DNA from: an uncultured bacterium
GTDB taxonomy: Bacteria; Chloroflexota; UBA5177; JANWHV01
Direction: 5' to 3'
Assembly: GCA_963827235.1 (NCBI GenBank)
Contig: CAWHAE010000016.1
Coordinates: forward strand, 544,001 to 608,000
DNA length: 64,000 nt
Under the pieces are notes generated by a model, which saw nothing but the letters and a program-made list of their open reading frames with translations, did no database searches and was not told the origin of the DNA. Positions 8,648-19,545 of this stretch are shown here, piece by piece (positions within the stretch are counted from its first letter, which is position 1; the number at the start of each line of letters is the position of its first letter). A program made the position numbers and the translations under genes.

Positions 8648-9712
8648 ATGCCCGACAACGTGGTGCACCCAAGCGGGGACCGGGAAGCACCCCGCTCGGC
8701 CGCCGTGCGATCCTATGCCGAGGCCGGCGTGGATATCGACGCGGGCGAGCGGGCCGTAGCCCTGATGCGCCCGTCGATCGTGGCGGCGCAGGGCCTCGTC
8801 AACGCCTTCGGCGCCTTCGGTGCCGCGGTGTCGTCGCCGGGAAGCTCGATGCTGCTCGTCTCCAGTGCGGATGGCGTAGGCACCAAGCTCTGTCTGGCGC
8901 GCGAGGACCCGGAGTTTGCCGGCCTCGGACGCGACCTGGTGCATCATTGTATCAACGACATCTTGACGTGCGGAGCCGCTCCCCTGTTCTTTCTGGACTA
9001 CCTGGCCTTCGGCAAACTGCATCCCGAGCGTGCCGCCGCCATTGTGAGCGGCATGGCACAGGCGTGTACCGCGCACGGCGCGGCGCTGGTAGGCGGGGAG
9101 ACGGCAGAGCTGCCGGACATCTACCGCGAGGATGCCTTCGACATCGCAGGCTTCATCGTGGGCTCGGTGGCCAGGGATATGCTGATCGACGGCTCGCGCA
9201 TTCGTGCCGGCCACACGCTCCTCGGCTTGCGCTCTACCGGCCTTCACACCAACGGCTACAGCCTTGCCAGGACTCTCTTGCAGGACAGGCTGGATGAGCA
9301 GATCTCGCCGCCTGCCGGAGGTGGGCAGTGTTCGACCATTCGCGAGGCGCTTCTGGCGGAACATCCGTGCTACCTGGAGAATCTCACTCCGTTGCTCGAC
9401 GGCGGCTTCGTGCTGGGTCTCGCGCACATTACCGGTGGCGGGCTTCCCGGCAACGTGCCGCGTATGCTGCCCCGCGGCCTCGTCGCGCACTTCGATCCTC
9501 AGTCATGGACAGCTCCACCGATCTTCGCCGTCCTGAGGGAGTACGACCTCGCGGCCGGCGAGCTGTACAGGACGTTCAACATGGGACTCGGCATGGTCAT
9601 CGCCTGCGACAGCGATCATGTGAACGACGTGCTTGCGATGCTGCCCACGGCGTCGATAGTGGGCAGCGTGCGGGAAGACAGCGGACTTGGCCGCGTGGTA
9701 GGGCTGTACTGA
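8648..9712 (+). CDS. purM: phosphoribosylformylglycinamidine cyclo-ligase
   Basis: SYAEAGVDIDAG, DGVGTK, GGETAE, GLHTNGYSL, HITGGG, TFNMG. Confidence 0.97.
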   Translation: MPDNVVHPSGDREAPRSAAVRSYAEAGVDIDAGERAVALMRPSIVAAQGLVNAFGAFGAAVSSPGSSMLLVSSADGVGTKLCLAREDPEFAGLGRDLVHHCINDILTCGAAPLFFLDYLAFGKLHPERAAAIVSGMAQACTAHGAALVGGETAELPDIYREDAFDIAGFIVGSVARDMLIDGSRIRAGHTLLGLRSTGLHTNGYSLARTLLQDRLDEQISPPAGGGQCSTIREALLAEHPCYLENLTPLLDGGFVLGLAHITGGGLPGNVPRMLPRGLVAHFDPQSWTAPPIFAVLREYDLAAGELYRTFNMGLGMVIACDSDHVNDVLAMLPTASIVGSVREDSGLGRVVGLY

Positions 9713-10353
9713 TGCGCATAGGCGTATTGATATCTGGTCGGGGAAGCAATCTCCAGGCGCTGCTTGTCGCCTTCCCCCCCGGGCACGAATGGGTACATAT
9801 CAGTTGCGTGGTCACGAACCGCCCGGAGTGCGCCGGACTGCAATACGCTCGCGCTGCCGGTGTCCCGGTGTACACGTGCCCTCGTGCTTCGTACACAAGC
9901 CGGCAGGCCCAGCAGACGGCAATGGCACAGGCGCTACACGCAGAAGGCGTGCAACTGGTGGTACTGGCAGGCTTCGACCAGATCGTGGCAGAGACGCTCC
10001 TGAGGCCGTTCGAGGGACGCATTATCAACATCCATCCTTCGCTGCTACCTGCCTTCGCCGGTACGCTGCATGCCCAGCGCGAGGCGCTTGCATACGGTGT
10101 GAAGGTGAGCGGCTGCACGGTACACTACGTCAACGAGGACATCGACGCAGGTCCGATTGTTGCCCAGGCTGTAGTACCGGTATTCGCCGCGGATACTGAG
10201 GAGAGCCTGGCAAGCCGCATTCTCGAGCAGGAGCATTGCTTGCTGCCGAATGTCGTGGGGTGGATCGCCGAAGGTCGCGTATGCGTCAAAGGTCGGCGGG
10301 TGCAAATTTCGGAGGGGAATGCCAATGAGAGCCTTGCTGAGCGTCTACGATAA
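9712..10353 (+). CDS. purN: phosphoribosylglycinamide formyltransferase
   Basis: VLISGRGSNLQA, INIHPSLLP, GCTVHYV..DAGPI; ATG overlaps purM stop. Confidence 0.96.
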   Translation: MRIGVLISGRGSNLQALLVAFPPGHEWVHISCVVTNRPECAGLQYARAAGVPVYTCPRASYTSRQAQQTAMAQALHAEGVQLVVLAGFDQIVAETLLRPFEGRIINIHPSLLPAFAGTLHAQREALAYGVKVSGCTVHYVNEDIDAGPIVAQAVVPVFAADTEESLASRILEQEHCLLPNVVGWIAEGRVCVKGRRVQISEGNANESLAERLR

Positions 10354-11923
10354 ATCGGGCCTTGTGGAATTCGCCAAGGAGCTTCATACTCTCGGCATCG
10401 AGCTGTTCTCAACCGGCAAGACGTATCAGACGCTGCACGACGAGGCGATTCCGGTATCCACGGTCGCCGAACTCACCGGCGCTGAAGAGATACTCGGCGG
10501 ACGTGTCAAGACGCTCCATCCCGTAGTGCATGCCGGCCTCCTGGCCGATCGAGAGAATCCCGAACACCTGGCGACCCTCACCGCGATGAACATCAGTCCG
10601 ATCGACCTCATCGTGGTCAACCTCTACCCATTCGTGCAGACCGTGATCGAAGGGCCTGTCGAGCTGCAGGCGGCAATGGAACAGGTGGACATCGGTGGTG
10701 TCACCCTGATCAGGGCTGCCGCCAAGAACCACAAGCACGTCCTGGTGGTGACCGATCCTGTCGACTACGACGCCGTGCTTACTGAGCTGAGACACAGGTT
10801 GTCCGGCGCGCCGGCGGACGACGCCGACGAGGAGCAGCCCATCGGCCTGCGGCTGGCAGCCAAAGCCTTCGGCTATACGGCGGCCTATGACGCCTACATC
10901 GCCGCGTACCTGGTCCATCGGCTGGGCGCCGACTTCCCCGAGCAGCTCAGCCTGCCGATGCGAAAGGTGCGGGACCTCCGTTATGGCGAGAACCCGCACC
11001 AGAACGCGGCCTTCTACACCACCGTTCCCACCACCAGCGAGCTGGGATTGCGGACACTGGCCACCGCCCGGCAGTTGCACGGGCGCGAACTGTCTTTCAA
11101 CAATCTGCTGGATCTTGATGCCGCCTGGACCGTAGCGCGCGACTTCCAGCAGGCGCCGTGCGTCGTGATCATCAAACACACCAATCCCTGCGGCCTCGCA
11201 TGCCACACCGACCTGACCGAGGCGTACCGCCGCGCCCATGCCGGCGATCCCCAGGCGGCCTACGGGGGCATAATCGGTATCAACAGGATCGTGGACGGTG
11301 CCACGGCGCAGGAGATTAGCGCCGTTTTCTACGAGGCCATCGTGGCCCCCGATTTCAGTCCCGAAGCCCTGGCGATCCTGGAGAAGAAGCGTGACCTTCG
11401 CCTGATCGCCATGGGCGAGCGTTCGGCGCCCCGCAAGGGTGAGTTCACATGGCTGCCCGACGATCGGCTGGACTTCAAACGGGTCACGGGGGGCTTTGTG
11501 GTCCAGGACCGCCAGCCGAGTACCGAGGACCCCGAGATCAAGCTCCATGTGGTAACCAAGCGGCAGCCGACGCTCGAAGAGATAACTGACCTCCGCTTCG
11601 CATGGCGCGCAGTCAAGCACGTGAAGTCCAACGCCATCGTGCTGGCGCATCACCTGACGGTGATCGGCGTCGGCGCCGGCCAGATGAAGCGCGTGGATAG
11701 CGTCGAGCTCGCCGTGCGCCATGCCAAGGAGCGCGCGCGGAACAGCGTGCTCGCCTCCGACGCCTACTTTCCTTTTTCCGATGGTGTACAGCGGGCGATC
11801 GAGGCAGGCATCACCGCGATCATCCAGCCTGGCGGATCGATCCGCGACGAGGAGTCAATCAAAGTCGCCGACAATCACGGCATCGCCATGGTGTTCACCA
11901 AGGTCCGGCACTTCCGGCACTGA
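10325..11923 (+). CDS. purH: bifunctional AICAR transformylase/IMP cyclohydrolase
   Basis: [52 protein letters not shown] end. Confidence 0.98.
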   Translation: MRALLSVYDKSGLVEFAKELHTLGIELFSTGKTYQTLHDEAIPVSTVAELTGAEEILGGRVKTLHPVVHAGLLADRENPEHLATLTAMNISPIDLIVVNLYPFVQTVIEGPVELQAAMEQVDIGGVTLIRAAAKNHKHVLVVTDPVDYDAVLTELRHRLSGAPADDADEEQPIGLRLAAKAFGYTAAYDAYIAAYLVHRLGADFPEQLSLPMRKVRDLRYGENPHQNAAFYTTVPTTSELGLRTLATARQLHGRELSFNNLLDLDAAWTVARDFQQAPCVVIIKHTNPCGLACHTDLTEAYRRAHAGDPQAAYGGIIGINRIVDGATAQEISAVFYEAIVAPDFSPEALAILEKKRDLRLIAMGERSAPRKGEFTWLPDDRLDFKRVTGGFVVQDRQPSTEDPEIKLHVVTKRQPTLEEITDLRFAWRAVKHVKSNAIVLAHHLTVIGVGAGQMKRVDSVELAVRHAKERARNSVLASDAYFPFSDGVQRAIEAGITAIIQPGGSIRDEESIKVADNHGIAMVFTKVRHFRH

Positions 11924-12034
11924 GGTCGTCGTGGCTTGCCGGCTTACCAGCGCCAGCGACTGGGCATACTCAGCTGGATGTATGCCGGGGACGCACATCC
12001 GAATGCGCGCCTGAAGCACAGAGAAGGGAACGAT

Positions 12035-12400
12035 ATGGCCTGCGCACATTTTCACCTTGGCACAGACGATCCCGTGTCCGGTATCACGCGGGGCCTCTGC
12101 CAGTGCGACAAGTACAACAACAATCCGCTGCGGCCGATTCCGCCGGGAGGCGAAGCGTACTGCCAGATGGAGGGCGCCAGCGGAGTGAACTGCTGGCTCG
12201 ACCTGCGCGCCTGCCGCAAGGCGCAGATAGCCAAACGCTTCTATGCCTACACGATTGGCGACCCATACGCGACCGGCCTTCCACAGATCGCCGAGGTCGA
12301 CAAGGACCGCTTCGGCAGGTCGTTTGTCTGCCTCAAGCAGGGGGGAGCATGGCTCCACGAGGGCGACCATGAGTTTCCCATGTCGATTGTCAAATCGTAG
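12035..12400 (+). CDS. hypothetical Cys/His-rich protein
   Basis: 121 aa, GAAGGG RBS, host-like GC-rich third positions, 7 Cys and 4 His. Confidence 0.7.
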   Translation: MACAHFHLGTDDPVSGITRGLCQCDKYNNNPLRPIPPGGEAYCQMEGASGVNCWLDLRACRKAQIAKRFYAYTIGDPYATGLPQIAEVDKDRFGRSFVCLKQGGAWLHEGDHEFPMSIVKS

Positions 12401-12413
12401 CTGCTTCAAGAGC

Positions 12414-12443
12414 TTGACGCGTGCGGAGGCGGGCCCCTATACT
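12414..12443 (+). promoter_or_regulatory. promoter of tRNA-tuf operon TTGACG-N18-TATACT
   Basis: Near-consensus hexamers ~45 bp upstream of tRNA-Thr. Confidence 0.7.
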
Positions 12444-12487
12444 TGTGTGCGCAAGGCAAAGGACCGGCATGTGTTCTTGCGCCCAAC

Positions 12488-12560
12488 GCCGACGTAGCTC
12501 AATTGGCAGAGCAACGGTTTTGTAAACCGTGGGTTGCGGGTTCGAGTCCCATCGTCGGCT
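12488..12560 (+). tRNA. tRNA-Thr(TGT)
   Basis: Acceptor GCCGACG/CGTCGGC, anticodon arm ACGGT-TTTGTAA-ACCGT, TTCGAGT loop. Confidence 0.95.
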
Positions 12561-12605
12561 CCGAGCGTGCGCGTTCCGGGCCAGGAACGCAGTCGTTCAT
12601 ATCGC

Positions 12606-12688
12606 GGGCAGATACCCAAGTGGCCAACGGGGGCTGACTGTAAATCAGCTGGCAGACGCCTTCGGGAGTTCGAATCTCTCTCTGCCCA
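12606..12688 (+). tRNA. tRNA-Tyr(GTA)
   Basis: Acceptor GGGCAGA/TCTGCCC, GCTGA-CTGTAAA-TCAGC, long variable arm. Confidence 0.96.
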
Positions 12689-12725
12689 CTCTGCGCCGGT
12701 CGGCGGCGCAGGACAACTGTAGAGC

Positions 12726-12797
12726 GCCCTAGTAGCTCAGTGGTAGAGCGCGCCCTTGGTAAGGGCGAGGTCGTGGGTCCGATTCCCACCTGGGGCT
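12726..12797 (+). tRNA. tRNA-Thr(GGT)
   Basis: Acceptor GCCCTAG/CTGGGGC, CGCCC-TTGGTAA-GGGCG; atypical T-loop TCCGATT. Confidence 0.92.
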
Positions 12798-12934
12798 CAT
12801 CAGACTCGGTCCGCTATTCGCGGTGAGCGGCGGCCCACCACAGACTGGGGCGGCGGCTCACCGCGATTCGTTGATCAACCGGACTCATTCGGAGTGCCAA
12901 CCGAGGGGCAGGGGGAAGGGGTAATTCGTTTACA

Positions 12935-14140
<1,206 letters not shown>

Positions 14141-14216
14141 GAGGCTTTGACCGCCGCGTAACGGAGACGGGCTGGCGCCCTGGCCGAGCGTGGCGGTTAT
14201 CTCCCAGGAGAGTACA

Positions 14217-14387
14217 ATGGCAAGCGCCAAGAAAGAGAACAGGATCTTCGTCGTTCTGGCCTGCACCGAGTGCAAGCGGCGGAACTACACTACAACTAAG
14301 AACCGCCGCAACGATCCTGACCGCATGGAGCTGAGCAAGTACTGCAGGTGGTGCAGGTGCCACCGTTCGCATCGGGAAACGAAATAG
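14217..14387 (+). CDS. rpmG: 50S ribosomal protein L33 (zinc-binding form)
   Basis: [22 protein letters not shown]; AGGAG RBS. Confidence 0.96.
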   Translation: MASAKKENRIFVVLACTECKRRNYTTTKNRRNDPDRMELSKYCRWCRCHRSHRETK

Positions 14388-14618
14388 ATGGCAGGAACGA
14401 CCGTTAAGCCAGCGACCGGTACGCCGGCTACAGCACGCCGGGCCAGCCTGCTGCGCTACCTCCGCGAGTCGCGAAACGAGCTCCGCAAGGTCAGTTGGCC
14501 GACGCGCGAGCAGACGACGAACCTCACCGTTGTGGTGATGGTCGTCTGCGTGGCTCTCGCCTTCTTTATGTTCGGCTTTGATACGCTGTTCGCAAAGATC
14601 ATCACGTCGATAGACTAG
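14388..14618 (+). CDS. secE: preprotein translocase SecE
   Basis: ELRKVSWPTR followed by TM helix; position between rpmG and nusG. Confidence 0.95.
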   Translation: MAGTTVKPATGTPATARRASLLRYLRESRNELRKVSWPTREQTTNLTVVVMVVCVALAFFMFGFDTLFAKIITSID

Positions 14619-14740
14619 ATTCTCGTATGCTGGGATCCGTGGCGTGTGTGTCTCAACGTCGTGGCGGGAGCATGCTGCGGCGGGCATGAGTCGAGGTCTG
14701 GTAGTTCAGGCGAAGCAATCGCAGGGGAGAAAGGGCTGTC

Positions 14741-15286
14741 GTGACGACCGAAGCAGCGGTTGACGCCCGGCAGTGGTACGTGATCCACACCTACGCGGGC
14801 TATGAGAACAAGGTCAAGCAGAATCTCTTGCACCGCATCCAGTCCATGGGGGTGGAGGACCGCATTTTCCGCGTCGAGATTCCGGTCGAGGATGAGATCG
14901 AGATCAAGAACGGAAAGCGCAACACGGTGCAGCGTAAGCTGTACCCGGGTTACGTACTGGTCGAAATGCTCATGGACGACTATTCATGGTCGGTGGTGAG
15001 GAACACGCCCGGTGTAACCGGCTTCGTGAGCTCCGGCACTAAGGCCGTGCCCCTGCAGGACAATGAGGTCAAGCAGATTCTCAAGCAGATGGGTGAAGAA
15101 GCGCCGAAGGTCAAGGCGACCTTCACCAAGGGTCAGAGCGTCAAGATTATCGATGGACCGTTCCTCGAGTTCATCGGCGTCATCGACGAAGTGAGTCCCG
15201 ATCGCAACAAGCTCAAGGTGTTGGTCAGCATGTTCGGCCGAGAGACGCCGGTCGAGTTGGATTTCCTGCAAGTCGAGAAGCTGTAG
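14741..15286 (+). CDS. nusG: transcription factor NusG
   Basis: WYVIHTYAGYE, YPGYVLVEM, KOW GPF..F.G, MFGRETPVEL. Confidence 0.98.
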   Translation: MTTEAAVDARQWYVIHTYAGYENKVKQNLLHRIQSMGVEDRIFRVEIPVEDEIEIKNGKRNTVQRKLYPGYVLVEMLMDDYSWSVVRNTPGVTGFVSSGTKAVPLQDNEVKQILKQMGEEAPKVKATFTKGQSVKIIDGPFLEFIGVIDEVSPDRNKLKVLVSMFGRETPVELDFLQVEKL

Positions 15287-15344
15287 TAGAGGAGGATTGG
15301 GACGGCGAGTCCGGTGCAATACCGGGTCGCGTCGGCCGTAAGCC

Positions 15345-15770
15345 ATGGCAAAACGTGTACGCGCAATTGTGAAACTGCAACTCCCGGCCGGCAAAGCGAC
15401 CCCGGCGCCGCCTGTCGGTCCGGCGCTCGGTCAGCACGGCGTCAACATCATGGGCTTCGTCAAGGAGTACAACGAGCGGACGGCCTCCAAAGCCGGCAGC
15501 ATAGTGCCGGTCGAGATCACGGTCTTCGAAGACCGCTCGTTTACTTTCGTCACCAAGACGCCGCCGGCCTCCGAGCTCTTGAAGAAGGCCGCCGGTATCA
15601 CGTCGGGCGCCAAGAACCCACTCAAAGATCGCGCAGGATCGATTTCCCGCGAGAAGCTGCGTGAGATCGCCGAGACGAAAATGCCCGACCTGAACGCCAA
15701 CGACGTGGAGATGGCGATGCGCACCATCGCGGGCACGGCTCGCAGCATGGGCATAAAGGTCACAGAGTAG
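15345..15770 (+). CDS. rplK: 50S ribosomal protein L11
   Basis: [27 protein letters not shown]. Confidence 0.99.
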   Translation: MAKRVRAIVKLQLPAGKATPAPPVGPALGQHGVNIMGFVKEYNERTASKAGSIVPVEITVFEDRSFTFVTKTPPASELLKKAAGITSGAKNPLKDRAGSISREKLREIAETKMPDLNANDVEMAMRTIAGTARSMGIKVTE

Positions 15771-15802
15771 AGTCGCTGGCCTGCGCCGGCAGGCCCTATA
15801 GC

Positions 15803-15836
15803 GTGGGAGGACCGCCTGCGGTCCGATAGCTACCAC
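15803..15836 (+). promoter_or_regulatory. L1-binding autoregulatory RNA element upstream of rplA
   Basis: GTGGGAG-GACCGC..GCGGTC-CG..ACCAC pattern resembling known L1 mRNA sites, adjacent to the rplA RBS. Confidence 0.7.
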
Positions 15837-15849
15837 AGGAGTAACGCAC

Positions 15850-16557
15850 ATGCCGAAGCACGGTAAGAACTACGTCGCTGCCGCCAAGCTCGTCGATCCA
15901 GTCAGGCTCTATGAGCCGGCAGAAGCCGTCACGCTCCTCAAGCGGACGTCATTCGTAAAGTTCGACGCCACGATCGAGCTGCATTTCAGGCTCGGCGTCG
16001 ACCCCCGCCACGCCGATCAGATGGTACGCGGCACCGCCGTACTGCCGAACGGTACCGGCAAAGTGGTCCGCATCCTCGTGTTCGCCCAGGGCGACAAAGC
16101 TCGCGAGGCAGAGCAGGCAGGAGCGGACTTCGTGGGCGCAGCCGACCTCGTGAAACAGATCACCGACGGCTGGATCGGCTTCGATGTGGCCATCGCCACC
16201 CCGGACATGATGCAGTCGGTCGGCCGGCTCGGTAAGATCCTGGGCCGTCGTGGCTTGATGCCGAACCCCAAGGCGGGCACGGTCACCTTCGATATCGAGC
16301 GCACCATTCGAGAAGTGCGCAGCGGGCGCGTCGAGTTCCGCGTCGACCGATCGGCTCTCGTGCACGTGCCGGTCGGCAAGCTGTCCTTCGAGGAGCCGGC
16401 CATCCTGTCCAACGTCGCGGCGATGATCGACGCGCTGGTCGCAGCCAAGCCCAGCGGAGCCAAGGGCCAGTACATCAGGACGATCACGCTGACGTCCACC
16501 ATGGGCCCCGGCATCCATCTGGATTTGAGCGCCTCTCAGTCGCTCAAGGCCGGCTGA
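15850..16557 (+). CDS. rplA: 50S ribosomal protein L1
   Basis: [39 protein letters not shown]. Confidence 0.99.
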   Translation: MPKHGKNYVAAAKLVDPVRLYEPAEAVTLLKRTSFVKFDATIELHFRLGVDPRHADQMVRGTAVLPNGTGKVVRILVFAQGDKAREAEQAGADFVGAADLVKQITDGWIGFDVAIATPDMMQSVGRLGKILGRRGLMPNPKAGTVTFDIERTIREVRSGRVEFRVDRSALVHVPVGKLSFEEPAILSNVAAMIDALVAAKPSGAKGQYIRTITLTSTMGPGIHLDLSASQSLKAG

Positions 16558-16590
16558 CCCTCGATACTACGTCAGCGGCCCAACTACCAC

Positions 16591-16630
16591 AGGGGTAGCG
16601 GTGAGGCACACCACCGCTACCCCTCTTTTG
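16591..16630 (+). terminator. intrinsic terminator after rplA
   Basis: 13-bp stem AGGGGTAGCGGTG/CACCGCTACCCCT followed by CTTTT. Confidence 0.75.
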
Positions 16631-16749
16631 TGAGTCGATAGTGCTCCTCTGAGTCGCGTACTGCCCCCTACCGCTGCCCGGCGTGGCGTCCATCGTCGCG
16701 AGACGTCTGAGAGCCGCATCGCAATCTCCAAGTGTTCGTCCGGGCCAAG

Positions 16750-16778
16750 TTGACGTTCCCGCGCAGCGCCGTTACCAT
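16750..16778 (+). promoter_or_regulatory. rplJL promoter TTGACG-N17-TACCAT
   Basis: Near-consensus hexamers upstream of the L10 leader. Confidence 0.6.
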
Positions 16779-16804
16779 GAAGCCTGGCATTCACGCCAGC
16801 ACAC

Positions 16805-16944
16805 TCGCTGTAGACCGCGGGCGCGCCGATGTGGCGCTCAAACCACCAGCCTGCCGAGGCGACGGACGTGCCGGGCAACGCCTTGTGGCGCTTGTCTCCT
16901 CGTCCCTCATACTCGACCTCAGCGATACGCTGGGGTCATTTTTT
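16805..16944 (+). promoter_or_regulatory. L10 leader with attenuator terminator
   Basis: TAGACCGCGGG...CCTGCCGAGG core typical of L10 leaders; stem GACCTCAGCG/CGCTGGGGTC + ATTTTTT at 16915-16944. Confidence 0.8.
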
Positions 16945-16981
16945 GTGCCTTACGATCTCGAGGGAAAGGAGGATTGAGAGC

Positions 16982-17512
16982 GTGCCGACAGCGAAGAAGA
17001 TAAGCGAAGTCGCCGAGCTAACCAGCCGATTCCAACGCGCGAACGCCGCCGTACTGCTGCATTACCGAGAGCTCAAAGTGAGCGAGCTTTCCGACCTGCG
17101 GCGGAAGCTTCGACCGAGCAATATCGAAGTCAGGATCTCGAAGAATACCCTGCTGCGCATCGCCACGAAGAACGCCGGCAAGCAGGGGCTCGACGAGCTC
17201 CTCACCGGTCCCACGGCCGTCGCCTTCATCTACGGCAGCGAGCCGCAAGGTGCCAAGGCGGTCAGCGATGCCGTGCGGGCCCTACGCAAGGACAACGTCA
17301 AGGTCACGGGAGGCGTGCTTGGCGACTCCGGTCTCGACGCGGCCAGTGTCGAGCGGCTGACCACCATGAAGCCGCGCGAGGAACAAATCGCCACCCTGCT
17401 TGGAGCCCTCCAGGCATCGGCCGGCCAGCTTGCCGCCACCCTGAACGGCGGCATTCAGAATCTGCTCTATGCCCTAGCCGCGTACGAAGACAAGCTCAAA
17501 GAACAGCAGTAA
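16982..17512 (+). CDS. rplJ: 50S ribosomal protein L10
   Basis: MPTAKK..YRELKV..LRRKLR..KNTLLRIA..LTGPTAVAF; AGGAGG RBS before GTG. Confidence 0.96.
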   Translation: MPTAKKISEVAELTSRFQRANAAVLLHYRELKVSELSDLRRKLRPSNIEVRISKNTLLRIATKNAGKQGLDELLTGPTAVAFIYGSEPQGAKAVSDAVRALRKDNVKVTGGVLGDSGLDAASVERLTTMKPREEQIATLLGALQASAGQLAATLNGGIQNLLYALAAYEDKLKEQQ

Positions 17513-17539
17513 TCAGCCAACAAGAAAGGGGTCATACCA

Positions 17540-17947
17540 ATGGCCAAGATGACCACGCCGGAACTGGTCGACGCCATCGCCGGCCTTACCCTTCTGGAAG
17601 TATCCGAGCTCGTGAAGGCGATCGAGGATAAGTTCGGCGTCAAGGCGGCCGCGCCCGTTGCCGCCTACGGTGCCGCGCCGGCTGCAGCCGCGCCCACCGC
17701 CGCTGCCGAGCCCGAGGCCGAACCCACCGAGTTCACCGCAAATCTCACCGTCGTAGGCCCGAACAAGATCAACGTGATCAAGGCCGTCCGCGAGCTGGTG
17801 CCGAGCCTCGGCCTCAAGGAGGCTAAGGACCTGGTCGACAACGCTCCGAAGCCGATCAAGGAGAACGTGAGCAAGGACGAGGCGGAAGCCGTGAAGACCA
17901 AGCTGACCGAGGTGGGCGCCACGGTCACCATAGTCGCCGTAGCATAG
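17540..17947 (+). CDS. rplL: 50S ribosomal protein L7/L12
   Basis: [40 protein letters not shown]. Confidence 0.98.
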   Translation: MAKMTTPELVDAIAGLTLLEVSELVKAIEDKFGVKAAAPVAAYGAAPAAAAPTAAAEPEAEPTEFTANLTVVGPNKINVIKAVRELVPSLGLKEAKDLVDNAPKPIKENVSKDEAEAVKTKLTEVGATVTIVAVA

Positions 17948-17980
17948 GCGGAGCTGATAGGGCCCCAGATGGCCGCTACT

Positions 17981-18023
17981 GGGAGGGAGGCCGGGCGTCG
18001 TCGTGACGCCCGGCCTCCCTCCC
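17981..18023 (+). terminator. 19-bp perfect hairpin after rplL
   Basis: GGGAGGGAGGCCGGGCGTC-gtcgt-GACGCCCGGCCTCCCTCCC; weak U tail. Confidence 0.65.
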
Positions 18024-18081
18024 TCAGTTCATAGGATATGCTGGAAGACACATGCCAGATGCGAACAGGAGCGGGAGTAGT

Positions 18082-19197
18082 ATGTCCACGGAGATCCCGG
18101 CCGGCCGCACCGCCGTCGAGCTGGCGCGCCCGGCCGTCCTGGCCATCGAGCCGTATGTCTGGGAGATGTCAAATCAGGAGATAGCCGCGCGCTACGGTGT
18201 CGACGCCGCGCGGGTGGTGCGCTTCGATACCAATACGTCGCCGCTGCCGCCGCCCTCGCTTCCGCGTGCGCTGCGCGAGATCGAGGCCGCGCCGGCGGTC
18301 AATGAGTACTACGATAGCACGTACGCCGCGCTCACGACCGCGATCGGAGAGTACGCCGGTCTGCCGCGCGAACACCTCGTGGTGGGGGCGGGCGCAGACG
18401 AAATACTCGACATCATCAGCAAGACCTTCGTCGACCCCGGCGATATCGTGGTGCTTCCGCAGCCGACCTACGCCATGTACAGAATCGCCGTGCAGGCCAT
18501 GGACGCGAGCGTGCGCGTCGTGCCCATGAACGCGGACTTCACCTTCGACGTGGAGGCGATCATCTCGAGCTGCGAGGGCGCCAAGCTGGTTTTCCTGTGC
18601 AATCCGAACAATCCCACAGGAATTGCACTGCCGGCCGGTCAGGTCGAGCGCATTGCCAGCCGGGTGGATTGTATTCTGGTCGTCGATGAGGCGTACGCGG
18701 AGTACTCGGGGGAGTGTGCGCTACCCATGCTGCAGCGCTACCCGCGCATGATCGTGGTGCGCACCCTGTCCAAGGCGTTTAGCCTTGCGGGAGCGCGCGT
18801 GGGCTACGCCGCTTGCGCGCCCGAAGCGGTCGACCTGCTGAACCGGGTAAGACCGCCACAGAGTGTCAGCTACATGAGCGTCGTCCTGGCCGAGAAGGCG
18901 GTGCGCGACACGAGCGCCATGCGAGCGAATGTGGAGCAGTTGCTTCAGGAGCGCGTATGGCTCGCCACGGCGCTGAACGAGATCGGCCTGAGTGTTTACC
19001 CGTCCTGCGCCAATTTCGTGCTTGCACGGGCATCCTCGGCGCAAATCGTGGCCCGCATGCATGCGGCCTGCTTGCAGGCGGGGCTGGTTATGCGCACGTT
19101 CGCCGCCGGCTCGCCGCTGGAGAGCTGCGTCCGCGTGACGGCACGCGTTCGAGATGACAACGAGCGACTGGTCGAGACGCTGCGGGCCGCCCTGTAG
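18082..19197 (+). CDS. hisC: histidinol-phosphate aminotransferase
   Basis: GAGADE, CNPNNPTG, VDEAY, RTLSKAFSLAGARVGY PLP-Lys motif; alternative start 18052. Confidence 0.92.
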   Translation: MSTEIPAGRTAVELARPAVLAIEPYVWEMSNQEIAARYGVDAARVVRFDTNTSPLPPPSLPRALREIEAAPAVNEYYDSTYAALTTAIGEYAGLPREHLVVGAGADEILDIISKTFVDPGDIVVLPQPTYAMYRIAVQAMDASVRVVPMNADFTFDVEAIISSCEGAKLVFLCNPNNPTGIALPAGQVERIASRVDCILVVDEAYAEYSGECALPMLQRYPRMIVVRTLSKAFSLAGARVGYAACAPEAVDLLNRVRPPQSVSYMSVVLAEKAVRDTSAMRANVEQLLQERVWLATALNEIGLSVYPSCANFVLARASSAQIVARMHAACLQAGLVMRTFAAGSPLESCVRVTARVRDDNERLVETLRAAL

Positions 19198-19545
19198 CGG
19201 CTCGCAGGATAATCGCGAGCCGTGCCCGAGCCGTACCTCCTGCGAGAGGCGCGGTCCATGCGTCGGATCGCGCGGTGTAGGTACCGCGCACTATACCTAC
19301 CGACGACCAGTTTGCTCCGACAGTTCGAGCGCGAGCTGCCCGTGCCCAAGGAGCGTGTCGCCCACCAGCGCAGTCGCCGGCCGCTGCCGTGCCCGATCCA
19401 CGGTGGCGCCTCCCCTGTCGCAGGGTGCTACGAGGCTCCTGCGAACCGCAGCCGTCAAGCCAAGATCCGGGCATGACGATACCACGCGGTTCCGGGCTAC
19501 GACGCCTCCGCCCCGCGCTGGGCATAGCCGTCCGTGGACGGGCCG

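Noticed and set aside
15830-16593. 10-bp direct repeat CTACCACAGG flanking rplA (15830-39, 16584-93)
   Set aside because: The first copy is part of the L1 site/RBS and the second lacks the GTGGGAG partner strand; no mobile element, so likely chance
19198-19545. Small ORFs between convergent hisC and serS
   Set aside because: No recognisable motifs or consistent codon bias; only a 34-aa minus-strand ORF with an RBS-like sequence, unsupported
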